A stretch of 64,000 bases of DNA, from NCBI RefSeq assembly GCF_006345805.1, contig NC_043003.1:11718001-11782000 (forward strand), written 5' to 3'. How positions within the stretch are numbered: position 1 is the stretch's first letter; each line of letters begins with the position of its first letter. A program made the position numbers and the translations under genes. Of this stretch, positions 24,096 to 35,291 are shown in pieces. Under the pieces are notes generated by a model that did no database searches, was not told where the DNA came from, and was given only the letters and a program-made list of their open reading frames with translations. The DNA is from Octopus sinensis. Taxonomy: Eukaryota.

Positions 24096-24681
24096 GCTGA
24101 AGCAGTAACTGCACTGTAGAGCGTGCAATGGCTGACAATACACAAACACATGCACTCACATCAACACTGAGAAAGAGAGAGATAAAAAGAGAGGGGCACA
24201 TGCACACGCATATAGATATATATACACATTTGTGTGTGTATGTGTGTGTGCATATATATATATATATAGATATGCAAACATACACGTGCTTACACATTCA
24301 CACACACATATTTGCACAGATATGTATTTACACATACATATATATTTTTATATATTCATGTACACACATACATACATGCTTACATACATATGCACATGTG
24401 TGTATAAATGAGTAATTTCACTCAGGAGTTTATTTTATATATATATGTATGTATATGGGTTTTATGTACCCATGTGTACATATCTGATGTGTATATATGA
24501 AAGTATATATGAAAGTATATGTGTGTGTGTTTATTTTACATATATATATATGTACGCACATGCACACACACACACAACTCATACATATGCATATATATGT
24601 ATTGAGAAATGAGGGAGAATGTAAAAATAAAGGAAGAGAAATACAGAAAACCATAATATGAAGCTGAACTGATGCAAGGAA

Positions 24682-24831
24682 ATGGAACACACTGGTAATT
24701 GTCGTCTGTTGGTGGCATCCATTGATGAACTTAGACAAGTATCTGGAAACAGCAGCAGCAGCACAATTCTATGTATCCCAGTTAACCATTCTGACACGCT
24801 TACGGCACTTTACCAACAAGTGGATACCAAG
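24682..24831 (+). CDS. Candidate first coding exon, 50 aa MEHTGNCRLLVASIDELRQVSGNSSSSTILCIPVNHSDTLTALYQQVDTK
   Basis: GAAATGG start context after in-frame stop, 150-nt open frame in non-repetitive sequence, ends AAG|GTATGG donor (phase 0). No homology recognised. Confidence 0.3.
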
Positions 24832-25129
24832 GTATGGATATGACAATGTTTTTGTTTTTATTTCGATGACCCCCACCACCAAATATTTTATGATATTTAT
24901 AGTAATAGTATTCTTTTAAGAAAAAATTTTTTAAGAAAGGTGAACACTTCAAGGGTATGTTATATATTAATGTGGGTTTTATGTAGTATCTTTTACAAGG
25001 AGTTAACGAATGAAGTGATATCAAACACCTTCGTTTTGGGATCACCAGTACTTTATTATCTCCCCTTCTTTGCTCTCCTGTCTTACTACCTTTGTCCAGC
25101 CAGTTGCAATGATTGACTGCTAACTTCAA

Positions 25130-25290
25130 AAGTTTTTTTTATTCTCCCCCTGTTTATTTCTTTGTGTTCCTTTCTGTTGAAGAGCATTGGTTCGAAACGT
25201 AAAAGACTTTCTCATTTTCCTGAGCGTCAAACTAATACACCTGCTTGTTGTTTATACACTTGTCTTTGTCTTTTGTAAATTTCAACTATA
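25130..25290 (+). mobile_element. Penelope-like LTR remnant, family H3 (copy 2)
   Basis: CTTTCTGTTGAAGAGCATTGGTTCGAAACGTAAAAG at 25170-25205. Confidence 0.55.
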
Positions 25291-25505
25291 TATTTCTTTA
25301 TATTGCCCACAGGGGGCTAAACACAGAGGGAAAAAACAAAGGGATTAAGTCGTTTACATCGACCCCTGTGTTTAACTGGTACTTATTTAATCAACCCCGA
25401 AAGATGAAAGGCAAATCAATCTCGGCAAAATTTGAACTCAGAACGTAATGGCAGATGGAATACTGCTGAGCATTTCGTCCAGCATGCTAACGATTCTGCC
25501 AGCTC
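25290..25505 (-). mobile_element. SINE-B, tail B1
   Basis: Reverse complement of tail, Meta-like domain and head. Confidence 0.8.
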
Positions 25506-26010
25506 CTATATACATATGTGTACATGTATATAGATGCAGGTGTAGCTGTGTGGTAAGAAACTTGTTTTCTAATCACATGGCTCTGGGTTCTGTCCCACTG
25601 CATGGCACCTTGGGCAAGTGTCTTTTACTATAGCTTCAGGCCAACCAAAGCTTTGTGAGTGGATTTGCTAGACAGAAACTGAAAGAAGCCCATCATGTGT
25701 ATGTATGTATGTATACACATATATAATTAAGATTCAGCAGAATTAGGCTAATTCAGTATAATCTGTACACCCCAACAATATTATTTGAATATTGAATCTC
25801 AAGACTCCGTGTACTGCAAATAATTCTGGAAAAATATTTGCAAAGATATCATTGACTCTATTATTATCTAGTGTAACAATTTAAAAATGATAACAACAGA
25901 ATCAATAATATAGGCGATTGCAGGCCCCCAAAAAGCATTAATTGGCTGAAAGATTAAAATTAATCAAAGGACATACTAAATATGTCTACCTGCTGGAAAT
26001 AATAGTCAAA

Positions 26011-26367
26011 AGTAGCTTGCTTACCAACCACATGGTTCTGGGTTCAGTCCCACTGCGTGGCATTTTGGGCAAGTGTCTTCTACTATAGCCTCGGGCCGAC
26101 CAAAGCCTTGTAAGTGGATTTGGTAAATGGAAACTAAAAGAAGCCCGTCGTATATATGTATGTGTGTGTCTGTGTTTGTCCCTCCAACATCGCTTGACAA
26201 CTGATGCTGGTGTGTTTACGTCCCCGTAACTTAGTGGTTTGGCAAAAGAGACCGATAGAATAAGTACTAGGCTTACAAAGAATAAGTCATGGAGTTGACT
26301 TGCTCGACTAAAGGTGGTGCTCCAGAATGGCCACAGTCAAATGACTGAAACAAGTAAAAGTAAGAGA
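26011..26367 (+). mobile_element. SINE-A, nearly full length
   Basis: GGTTCAGTCCC B box, core-like segment, internal microsatellite, CAGTCAAATGACTG tail hairpin at 26334-26347. Confidence 0.9.
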
Positions 26368-26509
26368 ATACACTGATAATAACTACAGAAATCAACTGCC
26401 TGAATGTTGGTTGTCAGTGTATTTTGGCGATTTAAATGAGAGATTTGACTGTTATTTCCAGCAGGTAGACATACTTAATATGTCCTTTGATGTATTTTAA
26501 TTCTATGAA

Positions 26510-27100
26510 AGAATCCGAGGTAGAGGTAGACCCAGGAAGACATGGGATAAGGTGGTCAAGCATCGCCTTCGAACGTTGGGCCTCACAGAGGCAATGACGA
26601 AAGACCAAGACCTCTGGAGATATGCTGTGACTGCGAAGACCCAACAAATGAAGTGAGTTCATTGCTCACAGGATGGCCTGCTGTGCTAACCTTGGATCAT
26701 AGGATGACCTGCTGTGCTTGAGGAGACCTATTGAGTCAAGTACATCAAAATCAAAATGAAAATCAAATGGAAATTGTAGTTGTGATACCCGTGCCAGTGG
26801 CACATAAAAAGCACCATCTGAAAGTGGCCGATGCCAGCGCTGCATTGACGGGCTTCTGTGCCTGTGGCACGTAAAAAGCACCAACCAATTGTGGTCGTTG
26901 CCAGCCTCCTCTGGCCCCTGTGCCGCTGGTATGTAAAAATCACCCACTACACTCTTGGAGTGATTGGCATTAGGAAGGGCATCCAGCTGTAGAAACACTG
27001 CCAGATCAGACTGGAGCCTGGTGCAGCCTCCTGGCTTCCCAGACCCCAGTTGAACCATCCAACCCATGCTACCATGGAAAACGGACGTTAAATGATGATG
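26510..27100 (+). mobile_element. 5'-truncated RTE-clade LINE (ORF C-terminus plus complete 3' UTR)
   Basis: 26516-26656 reads RGRGRPRKTWDKVVKHRLRTLGLTEAMTKDQDLWRYAVTAKTQQMK*, the typical RGRP..W...DR..WR RTE C-terminus; UTR ends in (GAT)n. Confidence 0.88.
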
Positions 27101-27819
27101 TTTGCTCAGGGTCCCATGCAGTGAGACTAATTTCAGAACCATTTGGTGTGGGAAGCGAACTTAGATATACAGCCATGCTTTGGCAATTTCTCTCATTGTT
27201 CTGGAGCATTTCTTTGACAACATAACTTATGTAATCATGTTCTCTCTTTCTCTCTCAGACACACACACACACACTACTGTGTGTGTCCAAACACACAAAT
27301 CTTTTGTCTGTCAATTCATTATATCTGAGATGTGTGTATATGTATGTATATATATAATATACATACATATGTGCGAACAATGTCATTATTTATACACGCC
27401 ATAAAATCTAATATGCTGTTGTACATGCATTAAAATTATATTTTACACAAACTCAATATGCACAACATGGCAACCTACATAATCCCTTTTTATGAATGGC
27501 TTATGTAAAAGGATTAAGGGATTAGGATAACAAGATTTTTTCCTCCTGTTTGATTAATTCATCAACCGACTTCATAATATTTATTTCCCTGATATTTTCT
27601 TAACTGCTGTTATTAACTTTGCTCCGATAGATTTCTTGGTTGTATGGAACTGAGTTGGATTGCCTGGAAAATTGAGGCCTGAGTAATTAACTCTGTACAC
27701 TTGGAAGTTCTATGTAGTCGTCTGATCTGCTAGAAATAGCAGTCAAATCACTCAGTTTCTCTTTGTTTTTCCATCATGTGATGGTTGTGGAGAAGTGTTG
27801 TCAATCATAGCACGTCTAG

Positions 27820-28205
27820 CTTCGGGGAAATAGTACCTTGCTTGGAAACAGGCGAGGGTTTGTGATAGGTGGCGAGATGGCAGAAATGTTAGCACGCTGG
27901 GCGAAATGCATAACCGTATTTCGTCTGCCGTTACGTTCTGAGTTTAAATTCCGCCGAGGTCGACTTTGCTTTTCATCCTTTCAGGGTCGATAAATTAAGT
28001 ACCAGTTACGCACTGGGGGCCGATGTAATCGACTTAATCCGTTTTGTCTGTCCTTGTTTGTCCCCTCTGTGTTTAGCCCCTTGCGGGTAGTAAAGAAATA
28101 GATAGGGATGGCATCCAGCCATAGGAAATCTGACTCAACAAATTCCATCCAAACCATGCAAGCATAGAAAAGTGGATGTTCAAGGAGGATGATAATGATG
28201 ATGAT
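27820..28205 (+). mobile_element. Second RTE-tailed element with a nested SINE-B (27870-28100)
   Basis: GGGGAAATAGTACCTTGCTTGGAAACAGG..GATAGG interrupted by SINE-B, resumes GATAGGGATGGCATCCAGCC..CCATGCAAGCAT..(GAT)n; related copies near 8330-8450, 10110-10255, 29000-29130, 53860-53990. Confidence 0.65.
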
Positions 28206-28376
28206 ATACGTAAATATGTGTGTGTTTGTGTGAGCGAATTTGTATTTCCTTTTACCTTGAGTGTGTTTACTGACTGTAAACAATAGTCACTGTTTGTACA
28301 GGCAGTACTGTTTGCTTGTAGTCCACTGTGAAAGCATGTCCAGATTTCTTGATACATCTAAACATGCTGTGCAATA

Positions 28377-28897
28377 CAGGGTGGCCCAAAAGTAGGTTTA
28401 TAGTTATCACGTAGGCACTTTAAATTTCTTTTAAAGCATTTTATTACTTTTAAATTTCTATCTTAGTGGAGGTACTTGGCCTAGTGGTTAAAGCAGCGGA
28501 CTCGCAGTCGAGGGATCACTTGTTCGAATCTCAGACCGGGTGGTGTGTGTGTTTATGAACGAAACGCCTAAGCTCTATGCAGCTCCGGCAGAAGGTAATG
28601 GTGAACTTCTGCTGACTCTTTCGCCACAACTTTCTCTCACTCTTTCCTCCTGCATCTTGCAGCTCACCTGCGACGGATTGGCATCCCATCCAGGTGAGGA
28701 ACCTATACGCCAAGGAAACCGGGAAACTGGCCCTTATGAGCCAGGCGTGGCTCGAGAAGGAACAAACAACAACAAATTTCTATCTTACAATTAACTAAAT
28801 TAGCATAGAATTAAGATCTAATTAAGATCTAAACTGTTAATATATGAATGCGAAAGAGATAATTGGATATCTGTAAACCTAATTTTGGGCCACCCTG
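28377..28897. mobile_element. Tc1/mariner-type MITE (~199 bp empty) with nested SINE-C
   Basis: TA|CAGGGTGGCCCAAAAGTAGGTTTATAG and CTGTAAACCTAATTTTGGGCCACCCTG|TA: 27-bp TIR, 2 mismatches, TA duplication. Confidence 0.9.
28466..28773 (+). mobile_element. SINE-C, full length with 14-bp TSD
   Basis: TSD AAATTTCTATCTTA at 28452-28465 and 28774-28787; A box TGGCCTAGTGG, B box GTTCGAATCTC. Confidence 0.92.
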
Positions 28898-29174
28898 TAT
28901 TTGTAAGCAAAAGGTACATTCAAACAGTGGAATTTGTTTCTTGTTCTTCGGATAAAAAAATTCTGGATTGTTTATTGTAAGATAGACTGAAGTATAGTTT
29001 CTTGCTTGGAAACTGGTGAGAGCTGGTGTTTGGAATTTTCTCCATCCAGCCATGAAAAATTCTGCCTCAATGTAGCCTTGTCTGACCCATGCAAGCATGG
29101 AAAAGTGGACGTTAGACCAATAATGATGAGGTCTCTTGCTCATTCTTTATAACTGAGTGGCTATCTGGCCTCCG

Positions 29175-29469
29175 AGCCGGTGACACGTAAAAGACACCAT
29201 TCGAGCGTGATTGTTACCAGCATTGCCTTACTGGCACCTGTGCCAGTGGCATGTGTAAAAGATTTGAGCGAGGTCGTTGCCAGTATCGCCTGACTGGCCT
29301 TGTGCCGGTGGCACGTAAAAGCACACACTACACCCTCAGAGTGGTTGGCATTAGGAAGGGCATCTGCCAGATCAAGATTGAAGCCTGGTGCAGCCATCTG
29401 GTTCACCAGCCCTCGGTCAAATCGTATAACCCATGCTAGCATGGAAAGCAGATGTTAAACGATGATGAA
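29175..29469 (+). mobile_element. RTE-clade LINE 3' UTR fragment
   Basis: Internal ~65-bp units and CCCATGCTAGCATGGAAAGC..TTAAACGATGATG tail. Confidence 0.8.
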
Positions 29470-30261
29470 TGGTTTATATAACAAAACCTATTGGTATCGT
29501 CATCATCATCTCATCCATCGGCAAGAGAGAGAAGGGGAGGTGGTGCAGTAAAATATCTGATAATCACTAGAAGCTCTGAGCTGGCCTTCTGCCATTGGCA
29601 GCAGCCTCCATTTAAACACAGCCACAGTATAACAACAAGTTGGCCGCAAATGAAGTAGCAGATTTAATCATCTTTTTGAACACTGCAAGACGAATGGAGC
29701 GTGAAGAGTCACTGGATGCATTGATTCCGTTAGCTTTTGATTGGCTCATCAGCTTTTAACATCCGGCCAATAATCATTAGTGAAGGAAATGAAAGAGTCA
29801 GTGATTTAGAAAATCAGTGAAAGCAGTGCATCATGGGATTGGAATAAAATCTTGTCATTAAAAAAGAACAAGATTTATTAAAGGATTTTCATTAACATGA
29901 AAATAAAAATCAAGATTAATGTAATGTGTGTGTGTATGAAAATTGGTCGTAAGAGAATGAAAATTAATGAAGTAATTTGCCCAAGCCGTGTACGAAGTTG
30001 TTGCTGCTATTGTTGTTATTGTAATCTTCATCACCACTATCATCTTCAATTGTGTTTATCATGATAAATAAAAGCACTGAGATGAGAAATATTATCTCTG
30101 AATTCACAAGACCAAATGAAGACTGCTTGAAATTCTCACCTAATGAATACAATAGCCATTCTAGATGGGAGGTAGGGATGGAGGTGAGTTAAGCCATTTA
30201 GTTAAGCCAATTACCTGGGCACTCTGTTGGCTATGGCGATGAGAGTTCCACTTTTCCTGAA

Positions 30262-30468
30262 GGTGGCAAGCTGGCAGAAATGTTAGTGCGCCGGGCGAAA
30301 TGCTTAGCTGTATTTCGTCTGCCGTTCAAATTCCGCCGAGGTCGACTTTGCTTGTCATCCTTTCGGGGTCGATAACTTAAGTACCAGTTATGCACTAGGG
30401 TTGATATAATCGACTTGATCCATTTGTTTGTCCTTGTTTGTCCCCTCTGTGGTTAGTAAAGAAATAGG
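30262..30468 (+). mobile_element. SINE-B tail B1 inserted in SINE-D, with ~16-bp TSD
   Basis: GTTCCACTTTTCCTGA upstream versus GTTCCACTTTTTCTGA downstream. Confidence 0.8.
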
Positions 30469-30469
30469 T

Positions 30470-30760
30470 TCCACTTTTTCTGATCAACAGAACCGTCTGC
30501 TTGTGAAATTAACATGCAAGTGGCTGAACGCTCCACAGACAGATGTTACCCTTAATGTAGTTCTCAAGGAGATTCAGTCGCATAACACAGAATGCGACAT
30601 GGTTGAGCCTTTGATATTACAGGTACAACTCATTTTTGCCAGCTGAGTGGACTGGAGCAATGTGAAATAAAGTGTCTTGCTCAAGGACACGATGCACCGT
30701 CAGGAATTGAACTCACTGCCTTATGATTGTGAGCCAACTACTCTAACCACTAAGCTATCT
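30470..30760 (-). mobile_element. SINE-D
   Basis: CAGCTGAGTGGACTGGAGCAATGTGAAATAAAGTGTCTTGCTCAAGGACAC..GGAATTGAACTC..CTAACCACTAAGC; related to 45570-45842 and 50603-50720. Confidence 0.75.
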
Positions 30761-31477
30761 TCACAGACAACAAGTGATAGTAAAACCAGTGGTAGAAATA
30801 AAATATAATTCCGGTTAGTCAAGTGAGATTGTATCTGCGGCTGATTCCAGTGTGGAGTTTGGTTTGGCTTGGAATGGATTACCCCAATTTACACATATTT
30901 CAATATTCAAGTAATGAACAGAATTCCATAACAGATAATATTCTCGAGTTCAAATTCCACCGAGGTCGATTTTAACTTTCATCCTTTCGGGGTTGATAGA
31001 TTAAGTACCAGTTGCATACTAGGGTCAATCTAATCGACTGGATCCCACTCCCTAAAAGTTTCGGGCCTTGTGCCTAGAGTAGAAAAGAATATTCATATAT
31101 ATATATATATATATATATTCACACACACACACACCCTACTGTATATTTATTCCTTTATTGCCCACAGAGGGCTAAACAGAGGAGACAAACAAGGATAGAG
31201 AAAGGGATTAAGTTGATTACCTCATCCCCAGTGCGTAACTGGTGCAAGAGAATAGGGGTGTGTTATAGGGATGAAAGAGAAGCAACCACTCTCCCCAAGT
31301 ACATTTTTTTTAAATTGGCACATTTTCAACAATTTTTTAAAACTCTTTAGTTCACATGTGCGAAAAAAGTCGAATCTTTTTTTTTTTTCCTATTAATCAC
31401 ACACAGTCTTGGATAAATTTCAAGTCATGACTTTTAAACTGGCCTGTTTAAAAGCACCCTTCAATTGTCAGGCAATA

Positions 31478-31805
31478 TGGTGTGCTTGAGAAGACCTGTT
31501 GAGTCAAATGAAATCATTGTTGTGGCTGATGCCAGTGCCACCTGACTGGCACCTGTAACAGTGGCACATAAAAAGCACCATTTGAGCGTGGTCGTTGCCA
31601 GTGCCACCTGACTGGCTCCCATGCCAGTGGCACATAAAATGCACTTACTGTATGCTCAGAGTGGTTGGCATTAGAAAGGGCATCCAGCTTTAGAAACCTT
31701 GCCAGGACAGATTGGAGCCCGGTTGTAGCCTCCTGGCTTGCCAGTCCTCAGTCAAACCGTCCAACCCATGCCAGCATGGAAAGCGGACATTAAATGATGA
31801 TGAGG
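31478..31805 (+). mobile_element. RTE-clade LINE 3' UTR fragment
   Basis: GTGCTTGAGAAGACCTGTTGAGTCAA matches 26715 region; ends (GAT)n. Confidence 0.8.
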
Positions 31806-31923
31806 AGTCTGTTGTGAATGAGGAATAGAAGATGTGCAGTGGGACTGAACTTAAAACCACATGGTTGCACAGCAGGTTTCTCATCTCACTCAAACAGCTA
31901 TATCATTATAGTCCCACTGCATA

Positions 31924-32325
31924 GGCGCTGGAGTGGCTGTGTGGTAAGTTGGTAAGCTTGCTTACCAACCACATGGTTCCGGGTTCAGTCCCATTGCATG
32001 GTACCTTGGGCAAGTGTCTTCTACTATAGCCTCGGGCCGACCAGAGCCTTGTGAGTGGATTTGGTAGACGGAAACTGAAAGAAGCCCGTCGTATATATGT
32101 ATATGTGCGTATGTGTGTGTCTGTGTTTGTCCCCCTCCCAAACATCACTTGACAACTGATGCTGGTGTGTTTACGTCCCCGTAACTTAGCGGTTCAGCAA
32201 AAAGAGACTGATAGAATAAGTACTAGGCTTACAAAGAATAAGTCCTGGAGTCCATTTGCTCGACTAAAGGCTGTGATCCAGCATGGCCGCAGTCAAATGA
32301 CTGAAACTAGTAAAAGAGTAAAGAG
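31924..32325 (+). mobile_element. SINE-A, full length
   Basis: Complete head, core-like segment, microsatellite and tail hairpin. Confidence 0.92.
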
Positions 32326-32888
32326 TATAGTTCAAGGTCTTCTCCAAGTCTCTTCTTGCATTGACAAACCTCCTGGCAAATCCACTGACTGATCTCTTCC
32401 TATGGTCTCTGCTTGATTTACATTAACTTACTCTCGTTCCAATGTGCACTGATTGCTCTTCATTTAAACACCAGGTGCACAGCATATAATACAGTGTTAT
32501 CTTAGTTAATCTGTCAAAGCAATTTTCTCTCTCTGTTCTCCACCCAATACCCAACCAACCCATGTGTGTCTAGCATTGTTCCTATGATGTTAGGAAAGTC
32601 CCTACAAAGCTGTCATGATAAACATTTGTTTTGTTAGGTTTTTTTTTGTTGTTTGTTATTTTTTTCTTCTGTTTTCGTCCAAATTTGGAAATAAGGACAC
32701 AATGGTAATTATGGCTTGCAATTACATAAATGTAATTTTAGTAATTATTTTTAAACTTCTTCCTGATTGATTTTCTAACTGCAAAGGAATGACAGAAATA
32801 GAAAATTGGCAAAACTAGATGCTTCATTGTATTCAGTTTTGTTTCTCTAGATTCTGAGTTCAAATCCTACAAGAGCCAATTTAATTTT

Positions 32889-32919
<31 letters not shown>

Positions 32920-33007
32920 ACATATAACAGGCTTCTGTGAGCTTCCTGTTACCAAACCTTCATGGGTAGATTTGGTTGCTGGAAACTGAAAGAAACCTAA
33001 CTAATTG

Positions 33008-33302
33008 TTACTCTTTTACTTGTTTCAGTCATTTGACTGTGGCCATGCTAGAGCACCGGCTTTTAGTCGAGCAAATCGACCCCAGGACTTATTCTTTGTA
33101 AGCCTAGTACTTATTCTATCAGTCTCTTTTGCCGAACCGCTAAGTTATGGGGACGTAAACATACTAGCATCGGTTGTCAAGGGATGTTGGGGAACAAACA
33201 CAGACGCGTGCGCACACACACACACACACGACAGGCTTCTTTCAGTTTCTGTCTACCAAATCCACTCACAAGGCTTATATATACCACACAGCCACTGCGC
33301 CT
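33008..33302 (-). mobile_element. SINE-A with internal deletion
   Basis: Tail and body present; jumps from CACAAGGCTT to ACCACACAGCCAC head. Confidence 0.85.
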
Positions 33303-33310
33303 TATATATA

Positions 33311-33543
33311 CTTTATTAAAAAGCAGCAAAAATATCAGAAAAACTGTTACTCAGAGTTTCACGTTTCCATTCGTCAGACAGTTTTGTTTAGAATTCTAAA
33401 CAAAACTGTCTGACAAACAGGAACGTGAAACTCTGAGAAACAGTTTTTCTGATATTTTTGCTGCTTTTTAATAAAGCACATTACTCTACCTCTGGTATTC
33501 TAGTACTATTTTTCATGTATGTGCTTACTCTGGTGTACATTAC

Positions 33544-33544
<1 letters not shown>
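33311..33544. mobile_element. Head-to-head Penelope-like LTR pair forming a 166-bp palindrome (33311-33476), family H1
   Basis: Arms of 83 bp, 5 mismatches, no spacer, centred on GAA|TTC at 33393/33394; each arm carries a hammerhead motif. Confidence 0.7.
33340..33385 (-). ncRNA. Minimal type-I hammerhead ribozyme motif with intact core
   Basis: Minus strand AAAACUGU-CUGACGA-AUG(GAAA)CGU-GAAA-CU(CUG)AG-UA-ACAGUUUU: 8-bp stem I, 3-bp stems II and III, GUA triplet. Activity untested. Confidence 0.7.
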
Positions 33545-33631
<87 letters not shown>

Positions 33632-33689
33632 CTCAGTCTGTATACTGTTGATTCTGTCTAACATGTAAATTTTTAATTATCTTTTTCAG

Positions 33690-33772
33690 GTGAAGCTGCT
33701 TCGTTGGTCACAGTTTCTACCAGTTCTTCTTCTGCAAAAGTATTGGCTCACCAGTTATCTGTGGTGTATTAG
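33690..33772 (+). CDS. Candidate exon; phase-1 frame (G)EAASLVTVSTSSSSAKVLAHQLSVVY*, possible internal donor at 33740
   Basis: Branch-like CTAAC 33658-33662 and TTATCTTTTTCAG|G acceptor. No homology recognised. Confidence 0.25.
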
Positions 33773-33805
33773 ATACGATATTAATTTGTCTCTCTATATA
33801 TACTC

Positions 33806-33844
<39 letters not shown>

Positions 33845-34244
33845 TTGGAAGCCATCTTCACCCATTTAATTTGTGTTTATTCCCTATATTTTTCGCTTCC
33901 CTGTCTTCTTTAGTAGACCTTCTTCCCCTGCTAACATCTTACATCTTACTAATTTACTAAAATAACATGCTTTATCTGCCCTTGCTCACAATCCACTTAA
34001 ATCAACTGACACACACACACACACACACACACACATACTCCTTAATTTTTTTTTTTTTTTTTTTTTTTTTACTTACCCCATTATGTCTTTTTCTTCTTTG
34101 TAATATGCTTACTCAATTCTAGAAGGCTATTGTATCAGCTTCAAAAACTACTGCTAGGTACCACTGTTACCACCACTACTACAACTATTAATAACTTTAC
34201 TGCGGATGCATGATATAATTACGTCTCCAATATAACTGATCGGG

Positions 34245-34690
34245 TGAAAGCACATGGCCTTGTGGTTAGGGGTGTTGCACTCACAATTGCAAGATTGTGG
34301 TTTCAATTTCTGGACCAAGCAGTGCATTGTGTTCTTCTGCGAGACTCTTTCGCTTGGCAGAAATGTTAGCACACCGGGCGAAATGCTTAGCGGTATTACG
34401 TCTGCCGCTACGTTCTGTGTTCAAATTCCCCAAGGTCGACTTTGTCTTTCATCCTTTTGGGGTCGATAAATTAAGTACCAGTTACGCACTGGGCTCAATA
34501 TAATCGACTTAATCCGTTTGTCTCTCCTTGTTTGTCCTCTCTGTGTTTAGCCCCTTGTTGGTAGTAAAGAAATATGTAATTGGACAACCTTTCAATGGAG
34601 TAGTGTCCTATTCAGGGGGTAACATTGTGGTTTTGGTCACTTATACACCTTGCAAACCAGGCTGCCGACCCTAAGCACTCTAGGGCTTAA
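34245..34690 (+). mobile_element. SINE-D-like element with nested SINE-B (34352-34572)
   Basis: CACATGGCCTTGTGGTTAGGGTG head; remainder after SINE-B resembles 39260-39310. Confidence 0.65.
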
Positions 34691-35291
34691 GATAGTAATG
34701 TCCAGGGGTTACATCATAGCTGTTAAGAAATGCTGTTGCCAGAAAAGTTGTGGTGTAGCTGGTAGAGTGCCAGGCTATAAATGTAATTGCTGTATTTTAA
34801 ATTTTCAAACCCCTAAAGTTCAAATTTTACTTAGGGCCAACATTGGTTATCTTTTTCTCTGAGATTGAGAACAATACGTACCAGTAATATACTGGTTGAT
34901 TGGTCTTATCCCATACCCAACTGTGGCCTTCTGCTGTGCCAGTGTGGCATGCTACTACTATTATTGCTGCTGCTACTACTACTGCTGCTGCTGTGGGTGA
35001 TGCTTCAGAGCCCTGTCCTGACTCAAATCTGTGCAGCAAGCTTCATAGAGAGCATCTTTTGGTGGAAGGTGTTGTAAGTTCTAATCCTCTTATAGTCACT
35101 TCTGCAAAATAAATAAATAAAATAATAAAAAATATAAATAAATAAAAAATTGGAATTCCACATTTTTCTTTGTCCCAATTTGGTAAGGGAGCATCACTTC
35201 TTTCTTTTTGTTTAGAGTTCAAGTTTTTTGGGTTTTCTACATTTTTTTTTCTATTGTGTGTGTGTGTATTTGGTAATGGTGTATTGTGTTC

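Noticed and set aside
23679-24155. Poly-Ile, poly-Tyr/His ORFs
   Set aside because: (ATT/ATC)n tail of a SINE-B.
28466-28540. tRNA genes in SINE heads
   Set aside because: A/B boxes are present but the acceptor stem is not closed and each continues into a SINE body and tail.
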